A DNA stretch of 61,692 bases, the filler included, from Thermodesulfobacteriota bacterium (lineage in GTDB: Bacteria > DASVDK01): the NCBI GenBank assembly GCA_036381125.1. It is 4 parts of 4 records of this genome, joined end to end, with 100 filler letters (N's around TTAATTAATTAA, not from the genome) between each part and the next. Parts side by side here need not be neighbours in the genome. Positions count along the whole stretch, not along the records: positions 1 to 16,119 come from DASVDK010000300.1; 3 more parts are not named here. One strand, 5' to 3'. Below the pieces are notes generated by a model, which saw only the letters and a list, made by a program, of their open reading frames with translations, was not told the DNA's origin and did not search any database. A program made the position numbers and the translations under genes. Shown here in pieces: positions 1-10,567 of this stretch (position 1 is the stretch's first letter; the number at the start of each line of letters is the position of its first letter).

Positions 1-1
1 G

Positions 2-94
2 GTCGGCATGGGGGCCCTGCTCGGCATCGGCGCGGCGCTGGCCGGCGCGGCGCTGGCGCGCCGCCGTGCGACCATCGAAAGGAGGCCGCTATGA
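2..94 (+). CDS. 3' end of an upstream gene (partial; hydrophobic C-terminal helix followed by basic tail)
   Basis: Frame 2 reads VGMGALLGIGAALAGAALARRRATIERRPL*; its TGA overlaps the next ATG (ATGA, 91-94). Confidence 0.55.
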   Translation, partial: VGMGALLGIGAALAGAALARRRATIERRPL

Positions 95-522
95 AGGCCA
101 GGGTGCTTCACGAGGCCGGCGAGCGGACGTTCGCGGTCGTCTTCGACACGGGCGACGAGGTGATCCAGGGCCTCCTCGACTTCGCCCGGAGGTGGAAGGT
201 CACCGCCGCCCGCTTCACGGCCATCGGCGCCTTCCGCCGGGTGACGCTCGGCTACTTCGAGTGGGAGCGGAAGGACTACCGCAGGATCCCGGTCGAGGAG
301 CAGGTCGAGGTGCTCACGCTGGCCGGCGACGTCGCGCACGCGGGCGGCGAGCCCGCCGTCCACGCCCACGTGGTCGTCGGGAAGGCCGACGGCACGGCCC
401 ACGGCGGCCACCTCCTCGAGGCGCACGTGCGGCCGACGCTCGAGGTGATGCTCGTCGAGTCCCCGGCGCACCTCGTCCGGGTGCACGACGAGGCGACCGG
501 CCTGGCGCTGATCCGGGTGTAG
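91..522 (+). CDS. PPC/DUF296 domain protein
   Basis: AGGAGG RBS; motifs FTAIGAF, EVLTLAGDV, HAHVVVG..DG.AHGGHL, VRPTLEV. Confidence 0.9.
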   Translation: MKARVLHEAGERTFAVVFDTGDEVIQGLLDFARRWKVTAARFTAIGAFRRVTLGYFEWERKDYRRIPVEEQVEVLTLAGDVAHAGGEPAVHAHVVVGKADGTAHGGHLLEAHVRPTLEVMLVESPAHLVRVHDEATGLALIRV

Positions 523-532
523 GGCCCGTCCC

Positions 533-2812
533 GTGGCCGCTCGACGGGCCGAGGCCAGGCGCCTCCCGCCGGACCGACGCGCTCCGGCGGCGTCAGGCGA
601 CGCGGCCGAGCGCAAGGCACAGGTCCTCACGAAGGGCGCTCCGTCCGTCACCCGCGGCGTCGCGGACGCCATGGTCATCAAGGACGGGGAGCCGTTCTTC
701 CTCTGCGGCCCCGACGCCGCGGTGCCGCTCGAGGGCGACCACGGCCTCGGGCTCTACTACCGCGATTGCCGCTACGTCGGCGGGTACGAGCTGACGCTCT
801 GCGGTCATCGCCCCGAGGTGCTCGTCTCGAGCGACGAGCAGGGCTTCGTCGCGATCGTCGAGCTCACCAACCCGCAGCTGCGCGACGTCGAAGGCCGCGC
901 GCTGCCGCGCCAGACGGTCGGCCTCACGTGGGTTCGCCTGATCGACCCCGAGCCCCCGGCGCTCCGCGAGTCGCTCCTGCTGCGCAACTACGGCCTTGCG
1001 CCGACGACCCTCGATCTGCGCCTCGAGGTCCGGAGCGGCTTCGAGGACGTCTACGACGTCCGCGGCCTGATCGACGAACGCCCCGGCACGGTCCGCGCGC
1101 CGCGCTGGACCGACGGGACGCTCCGGCTCGCCTACGACGGCAAGGACGGCCGCCGCCGGAGCGTCACGGTCGCCTTCGAGCCGAGGCCGGATCGCACCGA
1201 GGGCACCGCGGCGCACTTCCTCGCCCGCCTCGACCCGGGCGAGACGTTCGGGATCGACGCGTCCCTCGTCCTGGCGGAGTCGGAGGGGTCCGCGGCCCGG
1301 CCGCAGGGCGAGGGCAACGGGCCGCGGCTCGCGACGCTGCGCGAGCGCCGGACGGGCGAGACCGAGCGCTGGCTCGAGGCGCATGCCGGCCTTCGGTCCA
1401 GCAGCCTCCTGCTCGATCGGGTCCTCGACCGATCGCTGCGCGACCTCCGCATGCTGCGCACGACGATCGGCGACCGGACGTTCTTCGCCGCCGGCATCCC
1501 CTGGTTCGTGACGCTCTTCGGGCGCGACAGCCTCGTCACGGCCCTCGAGACCCTCGCCTTCCGGCCCGCGGTCGCCGAGGAGACGCTGCGCCTCCTCGCT
1601 CGCTTCCAGGGCGCCAGGGTCGACGAATGGCGCGACGAGGAGCCGGGCAAGATCCTGCACGAGCTGAGGGTCGGCGAGCTGGCGCGCCTCGGGGAGATCC
1701 CGCACACGCCGTACTACGGGACGGTCGACGCGACGCCGCTCTTCCTGGTCCTGCTCGCGCGGCACGCGAACTGGACCGGGCGCCTCGACCTCTTCCGCGA
1801 GCTTCGCCCGAGCGTCGACGCGGCACTCCGGTGGATGGCCGAGTACGGGGACCGCGACGGAGACGGCTACATCGAGTACCGGAGCCGGTCGCGCAAGGGG
1901 CTCGTGAACCAGGGATGGAAGGACTCGGGCGACGCCATCGTGAACGCCGACGGGAGCCTCGCCGAGCCCCCCATCGCGCTGGTGGAGGTGCAGGGGTACG
2001 CGTACATGGCGAAACTGGGCCTGGCCCGCCTCTTCCGGCTGGACGGCGACGCCGACACGGCCGATCGCCTGGAGCGCGAGGCCTCGGCGCTGCGCGACCG
2101 GTTCGAGCGCGACTACTGGGACGAGCCGATCGGGACGTACGTCCTCGCCCGCCAGAAGGCGGGCCGTCCCGCGGCGGTCGTCTCGTCGAACGCGGGGCAC
2201 GCGCTCTGGTCCGGGATCGCCGGTCGGGAGCACGCCGAGCGGACGGTCGCACGCCTCATGGCCGACGACATGTTCAGCGGCTGGGGCGTCCGGACGCTCG
2301 CCTCGGGCGAGCGGCGCTACAACCCGGTCGGCTACCACCTCGGAACCGTCTGGCCCCACGACAACGCGATCATCGCGGCCGGGTGCCGCGCCTACGGCTT
2401 CGACGACGCGGCGCTGCGCATCGCCGAGGGGCTCGTGCAGGCCGCCATCGCGTTCCCGGAGGCGCGGCTGCCGGAGCTGTTCGCGGGGTTCCGGCGGGAC
2501 GAGTACGGCGTGCCGGTCCGCTACCCCGTCGCCTGCCATCCGCAGGCCTGGGCCTCCGGCTCGGTGCCGTACCTGCTCGAGACGCTCCTCGGCCTCGCGC
2601 CCGACGCATTCGCCGGCCGCCTGGTCGTCCGGCGCCCGCTGCTGCCGAGCTTCCTCTCCCACGCGGAGCTGCGGGGCCTCCGGATCGGGGCGTCGAGGGT
2701 CGACCTCGCGTTCGATCGCGCGGGGGACGGAACGGTCTCGGCCAGGGCGCTCCGGGTGGACGGCGACCTCGACGTCGTCGTCGAGGCGGGCGCGCATGGA
2801 GGCGCACGATGA
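533..2812 (+). CDS. Amylo-alpha-1,6-glucosidase / glycogen debranching enzyme family protein (start uncertain)
   Basis: AAGIPWFVTLFGRDS, EEPGKILHELR, YYGTVDATPLF, NQGWKDSGD, YHLGTVWPHDN and ACHPQAWA motifs. Confidence 0.9.
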   Translation: MAARRAEARRLPPDRRAPAASGDAAERKAQVLTKGAPSVTRGVADAMVIKDGEPFFLCGPDAAVPLEGDHGLGLYYRDCRYVGGYELTLCGHRPEVLVSSDEQGFVAIVELTNPQLRDVEGRALPRQTVGLTWVRLIDPEPPALRESLLLRNYGLAPTTLDLRLEVRSGFEDVYDVRGLIDERPGTVRAPRWTDGTLRLAYDGKDGRRRSVTVAFEPRPDRTEGTAAHFLARLDPGETFGIDASLVLAESEGSAARPQGEGNGPRLATLRERRTGETERWLEAHAGLRSSSLLLDRVLDRSLRDLRMLRTTIGDRTFFAAGIPWFVTLFGRDSLVTALETLAFRPAVAEETLRLLARFQGARVDEWRDEEPGKILHELRVGELARLGEIPHTPYYGTVDATPLFLVLLARHANWTGRLDLFRELRPSVDAALRWMAEYGDRDGDGYIEYRSRSRKGLVNQGWKDSGDAIVNADGSLAEPPIALVEVQGYAYMAKLGLARLFRLDGDADTADRLEREASALRDRFERDYWDEPIGTYVLARQKAGRPAAVVSSNAGHALWSGIAGREHAERTVARLMADDMFSGWGVRTLASGERRYNPVGYHLGTVWPHDNAIIAAGCRAYGFDDAALRIAEGLVQAAIAFPEARLPELFAGFRRDEYGVPVRYPVACHPQAWASGSVPYLLETLLGLAPDAFAGRLVVRRPLLPSFLSHAELRGLRIGASRVDLAFDRAGDGTVSARALRVDGDLDVVVEAGAHGGAR

Positions 2813-2887
2813 CGCCGGTCATCGTCCGGCACGCCCTCCTGTCGACGGTGGCGTGGCCGGCGTTCCTCGGGCGCGACAAGGCCTCCC

Positions 2888-3265
2888 GTGCTGCCGCGCG
2901 CCGTTAGCGCCCTGATCGGCGTCTGGCTCATGGCGGCCCCGGCCGTCCTCGGCCACGGCGGGGCGGCCGCGACGAACGATCGGATCGCGGGCCCCCTCGT
3001 CGCGGCGTTCGCGATCGTCGCCATGGCGGAGGTGACCCGGCCGCTCCGCTGGGCCGAGGCGCTGATCGGCGCGTGGCTCCTGGTCGCCCCGTGGATCACC
3101 GGCGCGCCGGCCCCGGCGGCGGCGAGCAACGTGGCGGCGGGCGTCCTCCTCCTCGTCCTCGCGACGATGGGCGGTGCGGTCCAGGGACGATACGGCGGCG
3201 GCAGGCGGGCGGCATCCTCCTCGAGGTCACCGTGCCGCTCCGGCAGAACCGTCGCACGCCGTTGA
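2888..3265 (+). CDS. SPW-repeat membrane protein (C-terminus possibly altered)
   Basis: Two GxWLxxAP(W) hydrophobic repeats, ending RYGGG. Confidence 0.7.
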   Translation: MLPRAVSALIGVWLMAAPAVLGHGGAAATNDRIAGPLVAAFAIVAMAEVTRPLRWAEALIGAWLLVAPWITGAPAPAAASNVAAGVLLLVLATMGGAVQGRYGGGRRAASSSRSPCRSGRTVARR

Positions 3266-3439
3266 TCGAGGCCGCCCTGGTCCGCGCCGCCCTCGACGAG
3301 TCGCGATCGGAACGAGGCGGCGGCAGCCGAAAGGCCTGACCGCACATCCAGCACACCTGCCGCCGGCTCGCCAGGCGCGGCGACTGTGCCGTCGCGCCGG
3401 CCCTCTACGCGAAGTACGGCGACGAGCGCCCCGTGTCGA

Positions 3440-4612
3440 TCACGGCCGCTCCGCCCGCGCCCGGTCGAGCGCGCCCGGCGCGAGCAGCAGGTCGAGCGCC
3501 GTCTGTGCGAGCACCGTCGCGCCGGCGCGGATCATCGCCTTCGCGCGCGGCGCGGCGGCCGCGGCGGCAAAGGTGGGCGTGTGGAGGCTCGTCCCCCGGT
3601 CGGCCACCTCGAGGTAGGCGTGCAGGCCCGGGATCCGCTGGCTCACGTTGCCGAAGTCGGTCGACCCGGCCATCTCGCCGCCCCCCGGCGCCTCGCTCAG
3701 ACCGAGCGCCTCCAGGTTCCTGCGAAAGAGCGCCGACAGCGTCGGGTACTCGCGCACCGGGTCGTACGCGTAGCCCGTCGTCTCGGTCGTCATGCGGCAG
3801 CCGGTCGCCGTGGCCGCCCCCTCCGCGACGGCGAGGACCCGCCGGTGCAGCTCGGCGACGTAGGCCGGGTCGAGCGCCCTCACGTAGAACTCGGCCTCGG
3901 TGTAGTCGGGGATGATGTTGGGCTTGTCGCCGCCGCGGGTGATCACGCCGTGGATGCGGGCATCGCCGGTGATCTGCTGGCGCAGGAGGCCGATGCCGGT
4001 GAAGAGGAGGATCATGGCGTCGAGGGCGTTGACGCCGAGGTGCGGCGCCCCCGCCGCGTGCGCGTTCCTGCCGTGGAAGGCGACCTTGAAGGGGATCAGG
4101 CCGAGCGCCGGGGCCCACGCGGCGGTGCGGTCCCACGGGTGGATCATCATGGCGGCGTCGATGCCGTCGAAGACCCCGGCGTCGAGGAGCGCCTGCTTGC
4201 CGCCGCCCCCCTCCTCGGCCGGCGTCCCGAGGACGATCACGCGGCCCGCCTCCGGCGGCACCAGATCGCGGCAGGCGAGCCCGGCGCCGACCGCGATGGC
4301 GGCGATGAGGTTGTGCCCGCAGGCGTGGCCGATGTTCGGGAGCGCGTCGTACTCCGCCAGCATCGCGACCGTCGGCGCGCCCGGTCTCGCCGGGCCGGTC
4401 TCGGCGACGAAGGCCGTCGCGACCCCGCCGACGCCGTGGGTCACGTGGAACCCGCGCTCGGCGAGGAACTCCCCGAGCCAGGCGGCCGCCTGGCGCTCCT
4501 CGTACCCCAGCTCGGGGTTCGCGTGGATCCGGTCGGCCAGCCGGTCGAGTTCGGGACCGGCGGCCTCGACCACCGCCTTCGCCCGCGCCTTCTGCGTCGA
4601 AAGGTCCGCCAT
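3440..4612 (-). CDS. M20 family amidohydrolase (ACY1L2/PM20D2-like)
   Basis: IHANPELGYEE, AEYDALP, GHACGHN, GTPAEEGGGGK, MMIHP, GSTDFGNVS and LHT motifs; AGGAG RBS; alternative start at 4618. Confidence 0.9.
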   Translation of the reverse strand: MADLSTQKARAKAVVEAAGPELDRLADRIHANPELGYEERQAAAWLGEFLAERGFHVTHGVGGVATAFVAETGPARPGAPTVAMLAEYDALPNIGHACGHNLIAAIAVGAGLACRDLVPPEAGRVIVLGTPAEEGGGGKQALLDAGVFDGIDAAMMIHPWDRTAAWAPALGLIPFKVAFHGRNAHAAGAPHLGVNALDAMILLFTGIGLLRQQITGDARIHGVITRGGDKPNIIPDYTEAEFYVRALDPAYVAELHRRVLAVAEGAATATGCRMTTETTGYAYDPVREYPTLSALFRRNLEALGLSEAPGGGEMAGSTDFGNVSQRIPGLHAYLEVADRGTSLHTPTFAAAAAAPRAKAMIRAGATVLAQTALDLLLAPGALDRARAERP

Positions 4613-4617
4613 GCGCA

Positions 4618-5112
4618 TCACTCCTTCTTCCTGGCGACGAAGCGAAAGTCGCAGTGGGACGCCCCCTGCATGAGGGTCTGGGTACGGGTGAGCGTCACGT
4701 CCGGGTTGAAGCCCTCGACGAGCGCGAAGTCGCGGTTGCACGACAGGACGTCGCCCAGCTCCGGGACGCCGAGCGCGCGGTACATCTCGGCGTAGCGACA
4801 GCGCGTCACGTCGAAGGCGAGCCGCTCGTCCGTCTGCTCGTGCACCGTCATGCGGTAGGCGTCCCCCCGTTTCCAGTCCTCGAGCGCCTCGGCGAACCGC
4901 GAGAGGGAGCAGCCGCCCATCCGCCGCGCGAGCTGCCGCCCCTGCTCGCGCGCGACCTCGGCGATCACCCGCCGCACGACGGCGACCACGCGCTCGCGCC
5001 CGAACTCCGCGCCGAGCGCCTCGATCACCGGCGCGAGGATCCGCGCCTCGACCTCTCGCCGTGTCAGCACCCCGATCCGCTCGTTCAGGGTATCCGGAGG
5101 CACCTCCGCCAT
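4618..5112 (-). CDS. L-2-amino-thiazoline-4-carboxylic acid (ATC) hydrolase family protein
   Basis: [27 protein letters not shown] and [18 protein letters not shown] (three conserved Cys). Confidence 0.88.
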   Translation of the reverse strand: MAEVPPDTLNERIGVLTRREVEARILAPVIEALGAEFGRERVVAVVRRVIAEVAREQGRQLARRMGGCSLSRFAEALEDWKRGDAYRMTVHEQTDERLAFDVTRCRYAEMYRALGVPELGDVLSCNRDFALVEGFNPDVTLTRTQTLMQGASHCDFRFVARKKE

Positions 5113-5124
5113 CTCGCCCTCCCC

Positions 5125-5176
5125 GGGGTCGGGCCTCGACCTTCCCCTCACCAGGAAAATGGAAAGGCCCGACCCC
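5125..5176. repeat. Intercistronic inverted repeat with perfect 12-bp arms
   Basis: GGGGTCGGGCCT (5125-5136) and AGGCCCGACCCC (5165-5176). Confidence 0.7.
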
Positions 5177-5180
5177 CGTT

Positions 5181-5981
5181 CTATTCGGCGGTCCAGCCGC
5201 CGTCGACGCAGAGCGTCTGGCCGGTGACGTACGACGCCAGGTCGGACGCGAGAAAGAGGACCGGCCAGGCGATCTCGGCCGGCTCGGCCACCCGTCCGAG
5301 CGGCGTCCGCGCGTGCACTTCGTCGAGGAAGCCGGGACGCGCGAAGACCGGCTCGACGAGCGGCGTCCGGACGTAGCCGGGCGCAACCGCGTTCACCCGC
5401 ACGCCGTGGGGCGCCCATTCGAGCGCCAGGACCCGCGTGATCTGCTCCACCCCCGCCTTGGTCGCCCCGTAGGCCGCCATCTCCCGCCGGCCGACGCGGC
5501 CGGCGATGGAGCCGATGGAGACGACCGCGCCCGACCGGCGCGCGACCATGTGGCGGCCGACGGCCCGCGTGAGGAAGAAGAGGCCCCTGAGATTGGTGGC
5601 GAAGAGTCGGTCCCAGACGGCCTCGGTCGCCGCGAGGGCCGTCTCGCGCGCGCTGGTCCCGGCGTTGTTCACGAGGACGTCGATGCGGCCGTACCGTGCC
5701 GCGACCGCGTCGGCGAAGCCGGCGGCGGCGCCGGTATCCGCGACGTCGAGGGCAACCGCCTCGGCCCGCCCGCCCGCCTCCTCCACCGCGCGCACCACCT
5801 CGGCGAGCGGGGCCGGGTCCCGCGCCGTGAGCACCACCGTGGCCCCCGCCGCGCCGAAGGCTCGCGCCACCGCCTCGCCGATGCCGCGGGAGGCGCCGGT
5901 CACGACCGCCACCTTCCCGCGGAAGTCGAGCGACGGGCGGTGCCCGGCTGCCCTGCGGCCCTCGGCTGCCCCGCGGCTCAC
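5181..5981 (-). CDS. Short-chain dehydrogenase/reductase (SDR)
   Basis: [24 protein letters not shown] and VDGG motifs; GTG start overlaps the upstream stop. Confidence 0.92.
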   Translation of the reverse strand: MSRGAAEGRRAAGHRPSLDFRGKVAVVTGASRGIGEAVARAFGAAGATVVLTARDPAPLAEVVRAVEEAGGRAEAVALDVADTGAAAGFADAVAARYGRIDVLVNNAGTSARETALAATEAVWDRLFATNLRGLFFLTRAVGRHMVARRSGAVVSIGSIAGRVGRREMAAYGATKAGVEQITRVLALEWAPHGVRVNAVAPGYVRTPLVEPVFARPGFLDEVHARTPLGRVAEPAEIAWPVLFLASDLASYVTGQTLCVDGGWTAE

Positions 5982-6925
5982 GGCCGTCTCCCCTTGCCGG
6001 TGAGCAGCGGGTAGAGGCCCTGCGGCAGGAAGAAGACCAGGACCACGTAGGTGAGGCCGACGAAGATGAGCCAGGAGCGGAAGACCTCGCTCAGCACCTC
6101 GCGCGCCGCGATGACGAGGCTCGCCCCGAGGACGGGGCCCACGAGCGTCCCGGTCCCCCCGAGGACCGCGTACAGCACGGCGTCGCCGGAGAGCGCCCAC
6201 GCGAGGTTCTCCGGGGAGGCGATCTTCTCGTGCCAGGCGGTGAGGACCCCGGCCAGGCCGGCCACCGCGCCGGACACGCCGAAGGCGACCGTCTTGTAGG
6301 CCTCCACGCGGTACCCGGCGAACCGGATCCGGACCTCGTTCTCGCGGATCCCCTCGAGCACCCGCCCGAACGGCGTGCGCGTCAACGCCGAGAGGCCGAG
6401 GTAGGCGAGGACGAGCAGGACGAGGACCGCGTAGTAGAGCGTCGTCTGGTCGTCGAGCGCGAGGCCGAGCATCGGCGCCACGCGCACGCCGTTCAGCCCG
6501 TTGTCGCCGCCGGTGAGGCCGCCCGGGTCGGACAGGACGAGGAGGAACATCGCCTCGGCGAAGGCGAAGGTCACCAGGAAGACCGCCACCGACCCCACCC
6601 GCGCGGCGAAGAAGCCGACCGCGAGGCCGAGCAGCGCGGCGGCGCCGACGCCGAGCACGAGGCCGGCGGGCGCCGAGGTGACGCCGCCCTTGACGACCAG
6701 CATCGCGGCGACGTACGCGCCGGCGCCGAAGAAGGCGGCGTGGCCGAAGGAGAAGAGGCCCACGAAGCCGTTGAGGAAGTCCCAGGCCATCGCGTAGAGC
6801 CCCATGAGCATCATCCGGACGACGACGTGCTCGTAGTACGTGGCGCTCCCGGTCGCCGACAGGAGCGGCGGGAGCGCGGCCGCGACCGCCACCGCGGCGG
6901 CCCCGACCAGGCGCCGCGCCGTCAC
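5978..6925 (-). CDS. Branched-chain amino acid-type ABC permease (LivM-like)
   Basis: [26 protein letters not shown] and [17 protein letters not shown] overlap. Confidence 0.9.
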   Translation of the reverse strand: MTARRLVGAAAVAVAAALPPLLSATGSATYYEHVVVRMMLMGLYAMAWDFLNGFVGLFSFGHAAFFGAGAYVAAMLVVKGGVTSAPAGLVLGVGAAALLGLAVGFFAARVGSVAVFLVTFAFAEAMFLLVLSDPGGLTGGDNGLNGVRVAPMLGLALDDQTTLYYAVLVLLVLAYLGLSALTRTPFGRVLEGIRENEVRIRFAGYRVEAYKTVAFGVSGAVAGLAGVLTAWHEKIASPENLAWALSGDAVLYAVLGGTGTLVGPVLGASLVIAAREVLSEVFRSWLIFVGLTYVVLVFFLPQGLYPLLTGKGRRP

Positions 6926-7794
6926 TTGAGGATCCCCGCGCGGCCGAAGAGGCCGAGCGGCCGGAAGACCAGCACGGCGATCATGGCGGCGAAGGCGAGG
7001 ATGGTGCCGGCGGTCCCGGACAGGTAGGCCACGCCGAAGGCCGTGACCTGCCCCACGAGGACGCCCGCCACCACCACGCCGGCAAGGCTGCCGAGGCCCC
7101 CGAGGATGACCACGACGAAGAGGATCATGAGCAGGTCGAAGCACATGGTCGGGTAGACGGAGAGGATGGGGCCGGCCAGCACGCCGGCCACGCCGGCGAC
7201 GCCGGTGCCGAGGGCGAAGACGAGGGAGTTCACGCGGGGCGCGTTGGTCCCCATCGCCTGCGACACCTCGCCGTCGAGGGCGATCGACTGGACGATGATC
7301 CCGAGCGTGGTGCGGTGGAACGCCAGGGCGAGCCCGCCCATGAGGACCGCCGTGAACGCCATGACGAAGAGCCAGTAGGTCGGGTAGACGATCGGACCGA
7401 TCGTGATCACGCCGGCGAGCCCGTCCGGGATGTCGGAGGTCCGGGGCACCGGCCCCCAGACGAGCTTGGCCACTTCCGAGGCCACGATGGCGATGCCGAG
7501 GGTCACCACGAGGACCTGCATGCCGTCGCGCTTCCACCGGACGAGCGGCCGGATGCCGGCGACCTCGAGCAGGAGCCCGAGCGCGGCGTTCACCACGAAG
7601 GCCACGACGAGCGCGAGCGGGAAGCCGAGCGTCGGCGTGAGCCCGATGCCGAGGTAGGCGCCGAGCATGTAGAAGACGCCGTGGGCGACGTTGATGATGC
7701 CCTGCAGCCCGAAGACGATCGTCAGCCCCGCCGCCAGCAGGATGTAGATCGCGCCGATGGTGAGGCCGTTGAGCACCTGGAGGACGATGGCCAC
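6922..7794 (-). CDS. Branched-chain amino acid-type ABC permease (LivH-like)
   Basis: LNGLTIGAIY.L.A.GLT.VFG...IINVAHG and VVVILGGLGS; AGGAGG RBS before GTG. Confidence 0.9.
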   Translation of the reverse strand: MAIVLQVLNGLTIGAIYILLAAGLTIVFGLQGIINVAHGVFYMLGAYLGIGLTPTLGFPLALVVAFVVNAALGLLLEVAGIRPLVRWKRDGMQVLVVTLGIAIVASEVAKLVWGPVPRTSDIPDGLAGVITIGPIVYPTYWLFVMAFTAVLMGGLALAFHRTTLGIIVQSIALDGEVSQAMGTNAPRVNSLVFALGTGVAGVAGVLAGPILSVYPTMCFDLLMILFVVVILGGLGSLAGVVVAGVLVGQVTAFGVAYLSGTAGTILAFAAMIAVLVFRPLGLFGRAGILK

Positions 7795-7805
7795 GACAGC
7801 CCCTC

Positions 7806-8528
7806 CTACACGTCCACGCCGAGGTAGCGCCCGAGGAGCGCCGAATCGGCCTCGAGGTCGCCGATGTCGCCCGCAGCCACGATGCGCCCCTTCTCGAGCA
7901 CGTAGCCGCGGTCGGCCACGGCGAACGCGGTGCGCACGTTCTGCTCCACGAGGAGGATGGTGAGCCCCTGGGCCTTGAGGACGCCGAGCGCCTCGACGAT
8001 CGCCTCGACCACGCGCGGCGCGATCCCCTCGGTCGGCTCGTCGAGGACGATCAGCTCGTCGCCGCCGACGAGGGCCCGCGCGATGGCGACCATCTGCTGC
8101 TCGCCCCCCGAGAGGCTGCCGGCCTGCTGGTGGCGGCGCTCGGCGAGCACGGGGAAGAGCGTGAAGACCCGCTCGAGCTGGGCCGACCAGTCGAGCCTCC
8201 CCCGGGCCTTGTTGGCGAACGGGATGCGGAGGTTCTGGAGGACCGTGAGCGGGCCGAAGAGGTGACGCCCCTCCGGCGAGTAGCCGAGGCCGAGCCGGGC
8301 GATCTCGTGCGGCGGCCGCCGGGTGATGTCCTCCCCCTTGAACGCGATGGTCCCCGACCGGGCGGGGTTGAGCCCCGTGATCGCGCGCAGCGTCGTCGTC
8401 TTGCCCATGCCGTTGCGGCCGAGGAGGGCCACCGCCTCGCCCCGACGGACCTCGAGCGTCACCTCGAAGAGGACCGTCGTGTCGCCGTAGCCGGCGGTGA
8501 CCCGATCGAGGCTCAGCATGGCGCTCAT
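7806..8528 (-). CDS. ABC ATPase (LivF-like)
   Basis: GRNGMGKTT, LSGGEQQM, LDEPTEG and LLVEQN. Confidence 0.92.
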   Translation of the reverse strand: MSAMLSLDRVTAGYGDTTVLFEVTLEVRRGEAVALLGRNGMGKTTTLRAITGLNPARSGTIAFKGEDITRRPPHEIARLGLGYSPEGRHLFGPLTVLQNLRIPFANKARGRLDWSAQLERVFTLFPVLAERRHQQAGSLSGGEQQMVAIARALVGGDELIVLDEPTEGIAPRVVEAIVEALGVLKAQGLTILLVEQNVRTAFAVADRGYVLEKGRIVAAGDIGDLEADSALLGRYLGVDV

Positions 8529-9268
8529 GCGCGGCCCCCGCCGAGGTAGACGGCCTGCACGTCGGGGTTCGCCCGGATCGCGTCCGGCGGGCCTTCGGCA
8601 AGGACCTCGCCGCGGTGGAGGACGGTGACCCGGTCCGAGATGGACATGACGACCCGCATGTCGTGCTCGACGATCACGAGCGTGACCGCCGGGGCGAGGC
8701 CGCGCAGGATCGCCGCGGTCCGCCGCGTCTCGTCGGGCGACATTCCGGCCGTCGGCTCGTCGAGGAGGAGGAGCTTCGGCTCGGCGGCGAGGACCATGGC
8801 CATCTCGACCAGGCGCTTGTCGCCGTGGGAGAGGAGCCCGGCCGGCAGGTCGGCCCGCGACGCGAGGTCGAAGCGGTCGAGCGCCGCGGCCACGCGCCGA
8901 TCGACCTCGTCGGGCGGCACCGTGGCGCGGGCGAACGGCGACCCGGAGGCCCGCGCGCGGCCGCTCGCGAGGAGCGCCACGTTCTCCCGGACCGACAGCC
9001 TGGGGAACACCGACGAGACCTGGAACGAGCGCACCACCCCCAGCCGGAAGATCTCCGGGGGCGCGAGCCCCGTGATGTCGCGCCCCGCAAGGACGATCCG
9101 CCCCTCGGACGGCGCGAGCGCGCCGGTCACGAGGTTGAAGAGCGTGGTCTTGCCGGCGCCGTTCGGCCCGATGATGGAGCGGACCTCGCCCGGCGCGACC
9201 TCCAGGCTCACCCGGTTCACGGCCGTGAGGCCCCCGAAGCGGCGGGTGAGGCCCTCGGTACGGAGCAC
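8525..9268 (-). CDS. ABC ATPase (LivG-like)
   Basis: GPNGAGKTT, LSHGDKR, LLDEPTAG, VEHDM and VQAVYLG. Confidence 0.9.
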   Translation of the reverse strand: MLRTEGLTRRFGGLTAVNRVSLEVAPGEVRSIIGPNGAGKTTLFNLVTGALAPSEGRIVLAGRDITGLAPPEIFRLGVVRSFQVSSVFPRLSVRENVALLASGRARASGSPFARATVPPDEVDRRVAAALDRFDLASRADLPAGLLSHGDKRLVEMAMVLAAEPKLLLLDEPTAGMSPDETRRTAAILRGLAPAVTLVIVEHDMRVVMSISDRVTVLHRGEVLAEGPPDAIRANPDVQAVYLGGGRA

Positions 9269-9276
9269 GGCGCCGG

Positions 9277-10536
9277 CTACAGCTTCGTGGCGGGCTCGCA
9301 GCCGGTCTTGCCGCAGGGGACCAGGAGCGCGTCCGGATCGCCGGCCGGCTCGACGTAGGCCGGGTAGATGCCGTACTTCTCGGTCTGCTTGCCCTCCACC
9401 ATGAAGATCGGCATCACGGCGGCATGGTCGCACTCGCGGAAGTAGACGTCGCCCATGACCGAGTTGCGGTACCGCAGCGCGCGCAGCTCCCGCACGACGG
9501 TGACCGGGTCGGTCGTGCCCCCGTTCTGGAGCGCCATGGCGAGCATCTCGACCCCCGTGTACGCGCGGGCGGCCGTCGGGTCGGGCCACGCCCCGTGCAG
9601 GGCGTGGTAGGCCTGGGCGAACTGCTGCATGCGCGGGGCGGACGGGTGCTCGTAGGTGAAGCACTCACCCGCCGTCATCCCGAGCACCGACTCGCCCGCC
9701 GCGACGGCGTCGATCTGCGACCAGAAGTTGTGGTGCAGGTGCGCGCGGACGCCCATCTGCCGGATCTGCTTGATGATGCGGGCGTAGCCGGCGCCGAACA
9801 CGACGAGGCCGATCACGTCGGGCCCGGCGGCGATCGCCTTGGTCACGTACGGCGCGTAGTTGGTCGTGCCGAGCGGCGGGTACTCCTCGCCCACGATCTC
9901 GATCTTCCGCCCGAGATTGGCGGCGTCCTTCATGAGCTCGACGGAGTTGCGGCCCCAGGAGTAGTCGTCGCCGATGAAGAACCACTTCGCGCCGTACTTC
10001 TTCGCCGCCTGCGCGGCCGGCAGCGAGAAGAGACGCGAGCTGGGGCAGAGGGCGAAGCTGTACGTCCCGCAGGCGGGCGGCTCGGAGATGGCCGGGTTGC
10101 CGGAGCCGGTGTTGATGAACGGGACCTTCCCCTCCTTGTTCAGGTACTCCTGGACCGCGAGCGACACCGAGGAGAAGATGACGCCGGTGAGGACGTGCAC
10201 GCGGTCGCGCTCGACGAGCTTCTTGGCCTTCGAGAGCCCCGTGGCGACCTTGCTCTCGGTGTCCTCGAGCACGAGCCGCACCGGCCGGCCGCCGATGCCC
10301 GGCTTGCCGAGCACGCCGCCCGTCTTGTTGATCTCGTCGACCGCCATCTGGATGCCGAGCGCCTGCTGGCTCCCGATGGTGGAGGCGACGCCCGACAGCT
10401 CGCAGAGGGCGCCGATGCGGATCTCGTCCTGCTGGGCGAGCGCCCGCGAGCGGATGAAGGGCGTGGCGCCGAGGGCCGCCGCGCCAAAGGCCGCGGCCCT
10501 GAGTACCTGTCGCCGGGTGGTCGCCGTGTCGCTCAT
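9277..10536 (-). CDS. ABC substrate-binding protein (LivK/J-like) with Tat signal
   Basis: TRRQVL Tat motif and ALA cleavage site; AVDEINKTGGVLG and DYSWG; GGAGG RBS. Confidence 0.9.
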   Translation of the reverse strand: MSDTATTRRQVLRAAAFGAAALGATPFIRSRALAQQDEIRIGALCELSGVASTIGSQQALGIQMAVDEINKTGGVLGKPGIGGRPVRLVLEDTESKVATGLSKAKKLVERDRVHVLTGVIFSSVSLAVQEYLNKEGKVPFINTGSGNPAISEPPACGTYSFALCPSSRLFSLPAAQAAKKYGAKWFFIGDDYSWGRNSVELMKDAANLGRKIEIVGEEYPPLGTTNYAPYVTKAIAAGPDVIGLVVFGAGYARIIKQIRQMGVRAHLHHNFWSQIDAVAAGESVLGMTAGECFTYEHPSAPRMQQFAQAYHALHGAWPDPTAARAYTGVEMLAMALQNGGTTDPVTVVRELRALRYRNSVMGDVYFRECDHAAVMPIFMVEGKQTEKYGIYPAYVEPAGDPDALLVPCGKTGCEPATKL

Positions 10537-10567
10537 GTCGTGTCCTCCAAGGGCCCGGTCCGGGCCG

